DNA from: a virus
Taxonomy: Duplodnaviria; Caudoviricetes
IMG/VR virus record: IMGVR_UViG_3300032365_000024
Coordinates: 1 to 64,000 of that record
Direction: 5' to 3' (one strand)
Length of the DNA stretch: 64,000 bases
Shown here: positions 18,933-28,168 of the stretch, piece by piece
How positions within the stretch are numbered: position 1 is the stretch's first letter
Layout: the number at the start of each line of letters is the position of its first letter
Notes under the pieces: generated by a model
What the model saw: the letters and a program-made list of their open reading frames with translations, nothing else
Told to the model about the DNA's origin: nothing
The model's database searches: none
Program-made: the position numbers and the translations under genes

Positions 18933-19823
18933 TTAACGCTGAATAATAAGGCGAACTAACCCACGCGGGTTGTATGCGCCGATGCCGAGCTGTTCAAACA
19001 TCGAAAAACCGATTGTGCGTTCCTCGCTGTTATCAGCCGAAAGAACGGTCAGCTCAGTTCTAACCGGAATCCGACCAAAGTGCTCAGGCTCGCAGCAAAC
19101 GTAAACCACACCAGCTGGAACGAGACGGCTAACGATGAACTGGGCATTCCACCCAGTGGCCATCATGCCAGTCTTCCACAGAGTAGCCTGAGACTCGATA
19201 TCAAGAACATCGCGTCCAAACTTCCTGATATCAGCGTAATCCCGTGCATGCATGAATACACGAGCAACGCGAAGGTCATGACCTTCGATCTCAGCAAACG
19301 CATCAGCTAAGATAGCAGGAGAAATCGGAGCAACGACAGGAATGTCTGGATTGGTGCCGCCGGGTAATGAATCGAACCCGTTGACAGCAATTGCATCCAT
19401 AATGCTGAACACGCGGTCGTCTTCAGCAGCCTGAATTTGGGCCTTACCGAGGTCCTGCATACGCTTCAGGAGGTCATACCGACGCTCTTTGACTTGCGTA
19501 AGAGGAGCCTTTGGTAGAGCTGCAATCTCGAACAGTGGGAAGTGAACACGTCGTGGCTTGGCAACGGCGGTGATGCTCTCACCTTCTTCACCAATGACAT
19601 AAGCCACAACCTCGGGATCCTTGTCATAAAGAGCAAGGGCACCATCCGGAATTTGTTCGACAAGGAAGGTCTTGCGACCAACGCTTGAATAGTCTCTCCG
19701 CTCGCGAAGCGGTTGAATCATCGAAGCAGCCAGGCGCTTACGGCCACCTGAATTTCCGATGTATTGATCGACTAGCTTCTCGCGAAGTGTGTTATCAACA
19801 ACTTGTACGCCGAAGGGGTTCAT
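18933..19823 (-). CDS. Major capsid protein, compact HK97 fold (296 aa)
   Basis: Last gene of the protease-scaffold-decoration run; GGAGG SD; strong terminator; GC-richer codons; HK97-like pattern (PLFEIAA..DLGKAQIQAAEDDRVF..FEQLGIGAYNPRGL). Confidence 0.85.
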   Translation of the reverse strand: MNPFGVQVVDNTLREKLVDQYIGNSGGRKRLAASMIQPLRERRDYSSVGRKTFLVEQIPDGALALYDKDPEVVAYVIGEEGESITAVAKPRRVHFPLFEIAALPKAPLTQVKERRYDLLKRMQDLGKAQIQAAEDDRVFSIMDAIAVNGFDSLPGGTNPDIPVVAPISPAILADAFAEIEGHDLRVARVFMHARDYADIRKFGRDVLDIESQATLWKTGMMATGWNAQFIVSRLVPAGVVYVCCEPEHFGRIPVRTELTVLSADNSEERTIGFSMFEQLGIGAYNPRGLVRLIIQR

Positions 19824-19840
19824 TTTCCTGCTTCCTCCGA

Positions 19841-20500
19841 TTAGAAGTAGAGCTCCACGAAAAGCTCTAGGTTAGTAGCGTCAGGGGGAGCGAGGAGGAC
19901 ACCCATTCGAGTGACATCCGGTTCAGCGGCAATATTACCAGCGCCAGATCCAGAAGTCCCAGCGGTAATCCACTGCGCTTCAAGTGAATCTTGCCACCTG
20001 TTGGTGAGATAACCATTGACTGATGCATAGAGGAAATCACCAATGGCATAATGCAAATCAGTGTCAGCACCGATCTGAATCTGTGTCTCGTAAAGCTTCA
20101 CACCAACAGCGCCACCGCGAAGGAATGGCCCCTTGCCTGATGCCGGACCTGGAGTATTTTCAAACGAATTTCCTACGGCGTCGTTAATGAAAAGTCCTAG
20201 CGGACGAGTACCGGGAACGTATGCAGCAGGACTCCCTGGTTTAATCGCGCCACCAACCGTATTCGCCCCAATGTCAGGACGGGTAAAGGCCACTGATCCA
20301 CTAAGAACGCCCTTCTTGACGTTCGGAGGAAGAGTAGTCGATGTATGCGTCGATGCGACGACATTTGGATTGCTCTGCGTAAAACTATCCGCTGATAGAA
20401 CTGGGATACTATCCTTAACGAGCGAATAAAGAATACGCAGGGCGCTTGAGCTAAGGCGAAAATCGCCTGATGCTTGACCGCCGATGCCTGGTGTTATCAT
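19841..20500 (-). CDS. Probable capsid decoration/cement protein
   Basis: Directly upstream of the capsid gene; Gly/Ala-rich beta pattern (RPLGLFINDA..YAIGDFLYASVNGYLTN..MGVLL); GGAG SD. Confidence 0.6.
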   Translation of the reverse strand: MITPGIGGQASGDFRLSSSALRILYSLVKDSIPVLSADSFTQSNPNVVASTHTSTTLPPNVKKGVLSGSVAFTRPDIGANTVGGAIKPGSPAAYVPGTRPLGLFINDAVGNSFENTPGPASGKGPFLRGGAVGVKLYETQIQIGADTDLHYAIGDFLYASVNGYLTNRWQDSLEAQWITAGTSGSGAGNIAAEPDVTRMGVLLAPPDATNLELFVELYF

Positions 20501-20719
20501 TTCCTTCTCCAGTCTCCGTTAGCCTTAGCTTCACTACGTACTAATGTCATTTCAGAAAGTGGATTCAGTCCAATTTCAATTGCGAATCCGTCCATCCCTA
20601 ATTTCATCAGGACGTGTTTAGCCTCGAACTTCCGATTACTAGTTCCTAGTCTGCGTATCTTCTATTCATATCTCCCGAAATCTATATCCCTATTAGGTGA
20701 GTATAGATTACTGATTCAG

Positions 20720-22033
20720 TTAAGGACGATCCCAAAGTGCTGAGAGTGCATCCTCTGATTGTGAAGCTGGTCTGATTACCTGACCAATTTTCTTCACACC
20801 TTTTGCAGAAGCTGTGCGTCCTACAGTTTGATATCCGAGTTCACGCCTCTGTTGTTCCTGTTGTGCAGCCTGAATTTGACGCTGTGCTCTCACATCATCA
20901 TCAACGAATAAATCATCAAGCGAGCTAACAGTTGCTGCTGTAACTGGAGCAGGTTCTTCATCATCATCGAATACGATATCTGAAGCAACTGCTGGAGCTT
21001 GTACAGGAACTTGTACAGGAGCTTGTACAGGAGCGGGAATACCTTGAGGATTGAATAGTGCAGCGAGATCATCTGGACAAGCTTCAGTCTGAAGAGCACC
21101 GTCCAACATAGCCATCTCAGCTGGACTTAAACCACAGGCATCTTGTTCCTGCTGGCCTTGCTGCTGCTGACCTTCCTGACCCTGCTGACCTTCCTGACCC
21201 TGCTGACCTTGTTGCTGCTGACCCTGTTGACCTTCCTGCTGGCCTTGTTGCTGTTGACCCTGTTGACCCTGTTGACCTTCCTGCTGGCCTTGTTGCTGCT
21301 GACCCTGTTGACCTTCCTGCTGACCAACAACAGAAGGAACAGCTTTTCCTTCTTCCTCGGCAGCTTCGCCTTTTTCCTGCTCTGCTACATGAATAGCAGT
21401 AGCAACATCATGAATGATAGATTTTAAAGTCAAATCATCAACCCGCATAAAATCTCGGGCAAGATTTTCAACTGTTTGCTCAGTTGCAACCATACCAAGA
21501 AGACGAACTGCTAATTTAGTACAAGCAAGTGCACGACGATGCTTTGCATCAGCCGGAAGTGCATCAGGACTTACAGCATTCATGCGCTTCATTGTCGCAA
21601 TCATAACATGATCTGGAAGTGTCATTAAATCGCAGGAGGTCTGTTCAATAAGTTTTTCATCTGAGGTACGAAGAATAGCACGGGCAATTCGTTCAGCAGC
21701 TGAAGCTTTTCGTTCAGCAGCTAATTTGCCATTATCATATTTACCAGGTCCTCCCCAATGATCCGAATTCTTGTGCTTCCATGTATCATCACGAAATTCA
21801 CCAAATCCGAGTTCATTTCGCTTAACATGGCCGCTTTCATATTCGGCATTAACCGACATCTTATCGGCAGCAACTGGAGTCTCAGCCCATGTATCTGGAT
21901 CTCCTGATTCATAATCGGTAACCCCCGGCTGCGGGTGCTCCTGATTCATAGTATAAATGTCAGCTCGGCGCTGGGTTGCCGCCTGACGCATAGTCGAAGT
22001 ACCTTTATCTAGCCAGGTGGTTCGCGTGCGCAT
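20720..22033 (-). CDS. Probable scaffold/prohead core protein with Q/G-rich linker
   Basis: Lies between protease and decoration genes; AGGAGG SD; two internal helical repeats (AAERIARAIL..IEQTSCDLM / ACTKLAVRLL..VENLARDFM); acidic low-complexity C-half. Confidence 0.6.
   Translation of the reverse strand: MRTRTTWLDKGTSTMRQAATQRRADIYTMNQEHPQPGVTDYESGDPDTWAETPVAADKMSVNAEYESGHVKRNELGFGEFRDDTWKHKNSDHWGGPGKYDNGKLAAERKASAAERIARAILRTSDEKLIEQTSCDLMTLPDHVMIATMKRMNAVSPDALPADAKHRRALACTKLAVRLLGMVATEQTVENLARDFMRVDDLTLKSIIHDVATAIHVAEQEKGEAAEEEGKAVPSVVGQQEGQQGQQQQGQQEGQQGQQGQQQQGQQEGQQGQQQQGQQGQEGQQGQEGQQQQGQQEQDACGLSPAEMAMLDGALQTEACPDDLAALFNPQGIPAPVQAPVQVPVQAPAVASDIVFDDDEEPAPVTAATVSSLDDLFVDDDVRAQRQIQAAQQEQQRRELGYQTVGRTASAKGVKKIGQVIRPASQSEDALSALWDRP
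21144..21326 (-). repeat. QQG/QEG low-complexity tandem repeats
   Basis: Plus strand ctgctgaccttcctg / ctgttgaccctgttg units encoding GQQEGQQGQQQQ. Confidence 0.9.
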
Positions 22034-22074
22034 GATGAATAAAGCCTCCTATGGGATTATTTTTTATCAACAGT

Positions 22075-24837
22075 TTAGTTATTAGCGATGGATGCAATTT
22101 GACCTTTATGAGCAAAGAACTTTTGTTCTGATGCAGTCAAATCACGACCCATACATACTTTGCAGGATGCAAAGTATGAAATTCTGGTTGGAAAATTATT
22201 AAGTGGTCCAACCTGCATGGCAACTTTATAGAGTTTAGATGAAAAACTACGACCATGTATATGATCCTCAATCCATGAAAGAACTACCAAATCTTGCGGA
22301 GTTAGATGGGCACGTTTAATAGCAGAAATGCCACCAATGTGGACTATTGTCCAAGCACGCGTAGCCCAACGTTGCAGACGTATTTTTCCAGGGAATTTAT
22401 TTATTAATGCTTGATTAAATTCAGAAGCCCGAACTAAATTATCGTTTGGAGAACTTATATCAGCTGGAGCAATAGCTGGCGCAACAACACCAACATCTTC
22501 AGGCTTCGGAGCGAGCTTCTTTTCAAGGTTTTTAATTATCGTTTCTAATAGTTGCTCTTGCGCCTTTTCAATTAAATTATTTATTGAATTCTCTGTCCCT
22601 TCAGATGTCCCTTCAGATGTCCCTTCAGATAAATTATCTTGTACCTGTTCACCCTGACTATTCATATCAGTATCTTCCGAAGGATTAATAGGTATTTCAG
22701 AATCATCTTCTCCTTGTGCTTTTCGTATAGAAGCTGCCTTCTTAATACCATCTATTTCAGGAGTATTCTTACGAATGTCATAAACAACCTTTGCCTCATT
22801 TAATTTAGTAGCAACTTGCTCTTGATTCGGATTCAAAATATTACGACGTACTGCACCACGAAAAGCAGGACTACGTACCCAACTCGCTTCAATAAACTGA
22901 TTTGAATTTGGTACTGAAACATGTCCTATCAATTCAGAAATTGGAGTTTCAATACCTTCTTCATCAGTAAATTTATTTCCTTTTCCGTCATATAAAATGC
23001 ATGGACAAAGTTGAGCATCATCAGATGCAATGTTTCCACATTTTGTACAAATAGTAAAAAGTGATATACATCCCATCGACATTGACGCCATAGTACCTGA
23101 TAAAATATCTGATACAAGTTGCTTATGCTTACGATCAGTAGCAACTAAGATATCAATATAACATGTCTTTCCAAGATCTCGAGCTATAGCATCAACAATA
23201 AATCCCTTTGATAATTCAGGAAGTTGAATATGTTCGCAATTGAACACTTGTACAGTACCATTAACTATGTATGAATGATCATCCTCAACCTCTAAGTTAT
23301 AAACTTTGCCATCATAATTATCAGATTCAATTTTATTAATAAATGTTATTCTTTTACCATCTAAGAACTTTAAATCTCCAGCTGCAACACTTCTTTTTTG
23401 TTGCTTATGTAGCGTAGTATAATTACAAAGCTTTTTACTACTTTGAACATCAAAATGCAACAAATAAGCTTGATGCTGACATGTAATTATATGTTCTGAT
23501 CCATCAGCAAATAAAATAGTATTTTTATCACCAACTTTTGAATCATGTTTTACGATAAATCCCGATAATCCAACACTAGATCCAAGATACTGAATTTGCT
23601 GTAATAATGATAATGAAACCGAACAAGCACGAAATCGTTGCGTAATTTTATGAATGTCAGCATCACCACTGACATATGCTCCGATCATATTTAATACATC
23701 GTCATGACTAGCAGAATTAATCCATTCAAGAGATAACTGTTTCTGATGAGCTAAAGCACCACATATATTATATAAAGCAAGCGCCATATCTGTATTGTGC
23801 ACTTTAATATAAACACAATGATCAGAACACTTTGACATCTCTATTGACGGAACAGCTTTCGGATAACATGCGCGTACACAATCTAAAATTTGTTGTATTA
23901 AATCTTTCTCGTGAGCTCCAACTGTAAATATAGTTGTTCGTGGCTTATGATTACCATAAGCAAAACATCCTTCTGATAAATAAAATCCGATTAATTTAGC
24001 AAACCGTACACTATCACGCTCTTTGGATGAACCATTTCCTAATTTAGGAACAGGAGCAAATAGTATAGCTCGATGTTCAAGTTCAGAAGCCGAAACACGA
24101 GATATTTCTAATGACGAATCTTTGTTTCTGATTTTGCGACCACAGTCAACACAATATTTTCTTTCAATCCTCTTCAAATAGCTAGAAGGTCTTTTTATTG
24201 AATCAAGTTTAATACCGCATGATATACATGTAGTTCTATCTAATCTTGCAAATGGATGATTTGGTGTACAAACAATTGGCTGTTTATGATGACCAGCATA
24301 AATAAGCTTAACTTCACCTTGATAGTCACGTACATGTTTATGAACAACTTTTTTAGGTAAACCAGATCCACCTATTACTTCATCACCAACATTAATATCA
24401 CTAATTTTACGTAAAGTACCATCAGACATAAGTATGTTAGTATCAGGCGTAAAACAATAGTTGTGGGCCCCAATAAATGTACGATAAGTTGATAAAAGCT
24501 GAGAACGTTCCCATGAATCGTTGTTGTTATTAATAATATCAAAACACTCTGGCTTAATACGAAAATCGGGCCAACGTACATCAATTTGAACACCCCGATT
24601 CAATACACGTCCTGTTTTAACACCCTTAGGCGCATAACAATCAACAGATGCAACTATTGTAGCATGCGACAATAAATATTGATTGGGATCACATTTTCTT
24701 AAAACTGTTTTTGCTATGCGGTGGATATGATCCTTCGGGACCGCACCTTCATGTTGATTACGTAATGAATCCATCCAGTATTCAAATTCAATACCAGGAT
24801 TGGATACAATGGCACTTGCATAATGACGCCTAGACAT
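22075..24837 (-). CDS. Prohead maturation protease with one intein (about 514 aa after splicing)
   Basis: Spliced junction GAHNY|CEHIQ supplies a candidate catalytic His; SMSMGC a candidate catalytic Ser; located between portal and scaffold genes; SEGT x3 repeat at 22594-22629. Confidence 0.75.
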   Translation of the reverse strand: MSRRHYASAIVSNPGIEFEYWMDSLRNQHEGAVPKDHIHRIAKTVLRKCDPNQYLLSHATIVASVDCYAPKGVKTGRVLNRGVQIDVRWPDFRIKPECFDIINNNNDSWERSQLLSTYRTFIGAHNYCFTPDTNILMSDGTLRKISDINVGDEVIGGSGLPKKVVHKHVRDYQGEVKLIYAGHHKQPIVCTPNHPFARLDRTTCISCGIKLDSIKRPSSYLKRIERKYCVDCGRKIRNKDSSLEISRVSASELEHRAILFAPVPKLGNGSSKERDSVRFAKLIGFYLSEGCFAYGNHKPRTTIFTVGAHEKDLIQQILDCVRACYPKAVPSIEMSKCSDHCVYIKVHNTDMALALYNICGALAHQKQLSLEWINSASHDDVLNMIGAYVSGDADIHKITQRFRACSVSLSLLQQIQYLGSSVGLSGFIVKHDSKVGDKNTILFADGSEHIITCQHQAYLLHFDVQSSKKLCNYTTLHKQQKRSVAAGDLKFLDGKRITFINKIESDNYDGKVYNLEVEDDHSYIVNGTVQVFNCEHIQLPELSKGFIVDAIARDLGKTCYIDILVATDRKHKQLVSDILSGTMASMSMGCISLFTICTKCGNIASDDAQLCPCILYDGKGNKFTDEEGIETPISELIGHVSVPNSNQFIEASWVRSPAFRGAVRRNILNPNQEQVATKLNEAKVVYDIRKNTPEIDGIKKAASIRKAQGEDDSEIPINPSEDTDMNSQGEQVQDNLSEGTSEGTSEGTENSINNLIEKAQEQLLETIIKNLEKKLAPKPEDVGVVAPAIAPADISSPNDNLVRASEFNQALINKFPGKIRLQRWATRAWTIVHIGGISAIKRAHLTPQDLVVLSWIEDHIHGRSFSSKLYKVAMQVGPLNNFPTRISYFASCKVCMGRDLTASEQKFFAHKGQIASIANN
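23239..24456 (-). mobile_element. Intein (406 aa) with LAGLIDADG domain in the protease
   Basis: CFTPDT..; block B CTPNHPF; LIGFYLSEG and MIGAYVSGD motifs; VYNLEVEDDHSYIVNG..VFN|C. Confidence 0.92.
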
Positions 24838-25064
24838 TCTGTTAAGAATGAAGTATAGAAAATCTGGCGTTCTATAAATTAATGTATGGATAAATTATCT
24901 GCAGCTTTTAAACGAATAAATATTATAAAATAGAAATTATATTTACTAAAAGATGGGTATTATTCGGTGATATCAATTCAGGATTATGGCCTCGTATTAC
25001 ACTAAAATTTAATAGAAAAAAAAGAAAACTTTCCCTCTTACATATTATAGTATACCCAAAAAAT

Positions 25065-25290
25065 TCAAATTAAAATATAGAAGCATAATTGAAGTTCATG
25101 GGAGAAAGCATCTTTTCCATACTTACGAATAGCATTTGAAAAATAGGTATTACCGGTACGCATATTCATAGCATCATAAATATGCCTATTCCATCTAAAC
25201 ATCATGGATTTCTTAGTCAAACCCAATATAACGACGTCCTGAATCAATATGTGTATGACAATAAATCGTCCATTTGGTAGCCATGTTCAT
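25065..25290 (-). pseudogene. Frameshifted, truncated GIY-YIG homing endonuclease
   Basis: ATG 25290 gives MNMATKWTIYCHTHIDSGRRYIG; one extra base (ccc at 25222-25224) shifts to LTKKSMMFRWNRH..FSNAIRKYGKDAFSHE; no C-terminal half. Confidence 0.8.
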
Positions 25291-25323
25291 GAAAGAACTC
25301 TACCAATAAAATAGCATGAAAAT

Positions 25324-26019
25324 TTAAAGTCTAAGATCTCGTGGATGTATCGAGAATCCGCACGATCCACAAAGCATGACTCGTTGACCTGCTCGATAAA
25401 CACGAGGTTTTAATATACCCCTACAACGTGGACAATATAAAATACCGGATGTCTTTTCTTTTTGTGTTACTCGATATCGACGTTTTGAATCTTTCCAATA
25501 AATAGCAAATCGACGCCCTGTTTCATATAAATTTGCGACTGTTCTACGAACAGTATCATCACCATATATATCAGATAAGGCATATGAAATTCGTTCATAT
25601 GCCTCAATTTCATCTAAACCATAATGCGCTGCTTTACAAGCAGCTCTATACACTGGCATCGTTTGTAATTCAAATTGTTTCACAACACGTGAAGCTAATG
25701 AATTACGCCATTTCTCATCTGCTTTAGTTACAGCTGGATCATTAATATTACGAGAACCTTCCCAAGAAGAATATGATTGATCACAAGAAGATGGAATAAA
25801 ATCTTCAGAGGTATCACGAATTAATTCAGATGCTCTTTCTTGTTCTTGACCCCATGGCCATTGTACTGATACTACACCAGTAGCAGTATTAGAATATAGA
25901 ACACGCCCCACATACGGACTCATGAAGCGCCCGTTTAGTCCAGGCTTCCGGACTACATCGCCCGTATTGAAATCACGAGCGACGAGTTGATCATCTACAA
26001 AAGCAGTTCGGTATCCCAT
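25324..26019 (-). CDS. Putative head protein with C-terminal zinc ribbon
   Basis: YCPRC..LCGSC; N-terminal beta-rich segment; AGGAT SD-like site; head-block location. Confidence 0.55.
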   Translation of the reverse strand: MGYRTAFVDDQLVARDFNTGDVVRKPGLNGRFMSPYVGRVLYSNTATGVVSVQWPWGQEQERASELIRDTSEDFIPSSCDQSYSSWEGSRNINDPAVTKADEKWRNSLASRVVKQFELQTMPVYRAACKAAHYGLDEIEAYERISYALSDIYGDDTVRRTVANLYETGRRFAIYWKDSKRRYRVTQKEKTSGILYCPRCRGILKPRVYRAGQRVMLCGSCGFSIHPRDLRL

Positions 26020-26052
26020 CTATCCTACTCCCGAGGAAGAGGAAAGATTAAT

Positions 26053-26574
26053 TCAAGCCCATTGTTTTTCGGGAACCGAATTTGACTTAGGTAATGTCGA
26101 TCCTTGCTTAGTGCTCTTGCCAGCTGGACCACGCGGCCATGAGGGTTGGCGCTTAACCGGATTGGCATGTTCACTAAGGTCACGAACAGCGAATTCATCG
26201 CGATCAGATACCGTTGATGTCTGATCTTGATCGTAGCTATCCATTGCCTTATTATTAAAGGACGCTGGAGTCCTATGCATATAGGACTCATCTGCATCAC
26301 TCTGGATTACCTTATTTGGATTATCAAAGGTATCCATGAACTTTTCATCTGCATCCCGTTGAATAACTTTCGCAAACTTCGCTTGATGGCGCTCAAACGA
26401 TTCCTTGCCGAAAGCGGCAATTTGGAATTTATCAGAAAAACCATCAATTTCTTTAACAAGACCGGCAATAATACTTTGATCAACTTTGCCCGTCTTTGCG
26501 AGCTCTTCGAGCCGATTCGCAGTATGATCGAGTGAAGTCAAAATCTTATTGGCTAGTTGCTTCTGCATGGGCAT
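26053..26574 (-). CDS. Putative internal head protein
   Basis: GGAG SD; internal repeat VIQRDADEKFM / VIQSDADESYM. Confidence 0.55.
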   Translation of the reverse strand: MPMQKQLANKILTSLDHTANRLEELAKTGKVDQSIIAGLVKEIDGFSDKFQIAAFGKESFERHQAKFAKVIQRDADEKFMDTFDNPNKVIQSDADESYMHRTPASFNNKAMDSYDQDQTSTVSDRDEFAVRDLSEHANPVKRQPSWPRGPAGKSTKQGSTLPKSNSVPEKQWA

Positions 26575-26630
26575 GATCGATCTCCGGGGCTTTATCCTGA
26601 AAAAGATTATAGAAATTGTATCGCACTCAA

Positions 26631-28148
26631 TTACCAGTCAGAATCATCAACACTGATATCTGAGGCTTTCTTACCTTTACCCTTACCAAATGGAGGAGCT
26701 TTTTTACCGCCAAATGGGGGAGCTTTTTTACCAGGTGATGGCTTTTTGCCCTTATCCTTCGGATTCGGGTCCTTCTTATCATCATCTTCTGGCTTCTTCT
26801 TATCGCCTTGAGAAGTCTTCTTTTTCTTCGCTTTATCGACCTTCTTCTTAGCAGTTATAAGAAGAGACTTGAGTATCTCACGAGTTTCTGGAATTTCATG
26901 AACAAGTTTAACAAGTGTAGCAATATTAACTCGTATTGAAGCTGTCTTAGCTTTTGTGGCACTCTCCTGAACGATACCAATAAGTTCTTCAATACCCCGT
27001 ATAAGATCTTCTGCCTGCTCGTCGGTGATTGCTGCTGGCTCCCCCATACTTTTGAGTGAATCTTCAACCTTTTTAACTTCAGGTTTAATTGAATTAATAA
27101 GTTTGACTACCTCCTCATCAGACATATCAGCAATTGATTCAAGTTCAATAGGATCAACATCAGCAGCTATACGACTAGAAGCTGCATGAACACAATTTAG
27201 AAGTTTGCCCAAAACTTCAGCAAGGTCTTCTCCATCTCGAACTTTCGTAATAAGATCAAGCTGTTTTTTAACTTCCGGAGCACTAAGCTTGCCACTCTGT
27301 TGTTCCTGCTGCCCTTGCTGCTCCTGGGCACATGGAGCCTGTTGATCTTGTTGCTGGGCACATGGAGCTTGTTGCTCTTGAGTAAAGAATTGCTGTCCCT
27401 GTTGTTGTTCAGCAGTTCTAATACCTTCCAAATTCTTCAATATACTAAAGGCGATTTTAGGATATGATTTCCTTAAACTATCAGCGATAGCAACAAGATT
27501 TTTATAATTTTGTGCAGTCATTGTTGAAGCCTTTTTCGCCTTTCCACCTACAAATGTTTCAGAAAACAAATCATCTTCTGATCCAGTAAGATTAACTAAA
27601 AGCATATTATACGTCTCAGGATCAATTTTTCCAGCGTATAAATTTGAATCAGCTGTTTGGATAGCTATATCCAAAGCAGCTCTGAACCTAGCATCAGGGG
27701 ACCCTCCGTCCCATCCATATTTAATCCAATCACTATTCAATAATTCTTTAGCCGATGAAATAATAGAATCATAGCGTTCTTTACCAAAATATCGTTTATC
27801 AATAGAATGATATCCGGTATTTGTGGGTCCAGATGGGTGACCCTGTTGAAGTACACCATGATATTCAGCTGTACGAGCAGTCATATTTTCGGATCGAAAT
27901 GCTTTATTAGAAGCTGCTATATTAGGAATGATCATAATCTTAAGTGCAATATCAGATAAATTATTTATAAATGATTTTTTACTCTTTAAATCTTTATCAT
28001 CTACTTTCATACGTCTTCGTCTATTATCAAATTTTGGTCCACGTTTTGATTTATACTTTCTACATGGAGGAGGTTTCTTACTGATAAGTCTCTCCGTTTC
28101 TTCATCATCTTTTTCAGCAGGAGTTAATGACGTATCAGCGATATGCAT
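26631..28148 (-). CDS. Putative internal head/core protein with Q-rich and Lys-rich low-complexity segments
   Basis: QAPCAQ x2; GKKAPPFG x2; several [RK]xA-[SA] sites; directly downstream of the portal gene. Confidence 0.55.
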   Translation of the reverse strand: MHIADTSLTPAEKDDEETERLISKKPPPCRKYKSKRGPKFDNRRRRMKVDDKDLKSKKSFINNLSDIALKIMIIPNIAASNKAFRSENMTARTAEYHGVLQQGHPSGPTNTGYHSIDKRYFGKERYDSIISSAKELLNSDWIKYGWDGGSPDARFRAALDIAIQTADSNLYAGKIDPETYNMLLVNLTGSEDDLFSETFVGGKAKKASTMTAQNYKNLVAIADSLRKSYPKIAFSILKNLEGIRTAEQQQGQQFFTQEQQAPCAQQQDQQAPCAQEQQGQQEQQSGKLSAPEVKKQLDLITKVRDGEDLAEVLGKLLNCVHAASSRIAADVDPIELESIADMSDEEVVKLINSIKPEVKKVEDSLKSMGEPAAITDEQAEDLIRGIEELIGIVQESATKAKTASIRVNIATLVKLVHEIPETREILKSLLITAKKKVDKAKKKKTSQGDKKKPEDDDKKDPNPKDKGKKPSPGKKAPPFGGKKAPPFGKGKGKKASDISVDDSDW

Positions 28149-28168
28149 ATCTTAATATATTAGGATCA

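Noticed and set aside
18933-19823. Encapsulin nanocompartment rather than phage capsid
   Set aside because: Embedded with scaffold, protease, portal and terminase genes; no cargo enzyme adjacent
20540-20625. Hammerhead-like CTGATGA..GAAA core on the minus strand in the capsid leader
   Set aside because: Stem II is weak (A-U closing pair, 4 bp), stem III has a U-C mismatch next to the core, and no stem I partner lies beside the would-be cleavage site
21127-21427. Leu/Thr-rich plus-strand ORF and Arg/Val/Ser-rich minus-strand ORF
   Set aside because: Antisense and shifted readings of the scaffold's Q/G repeat
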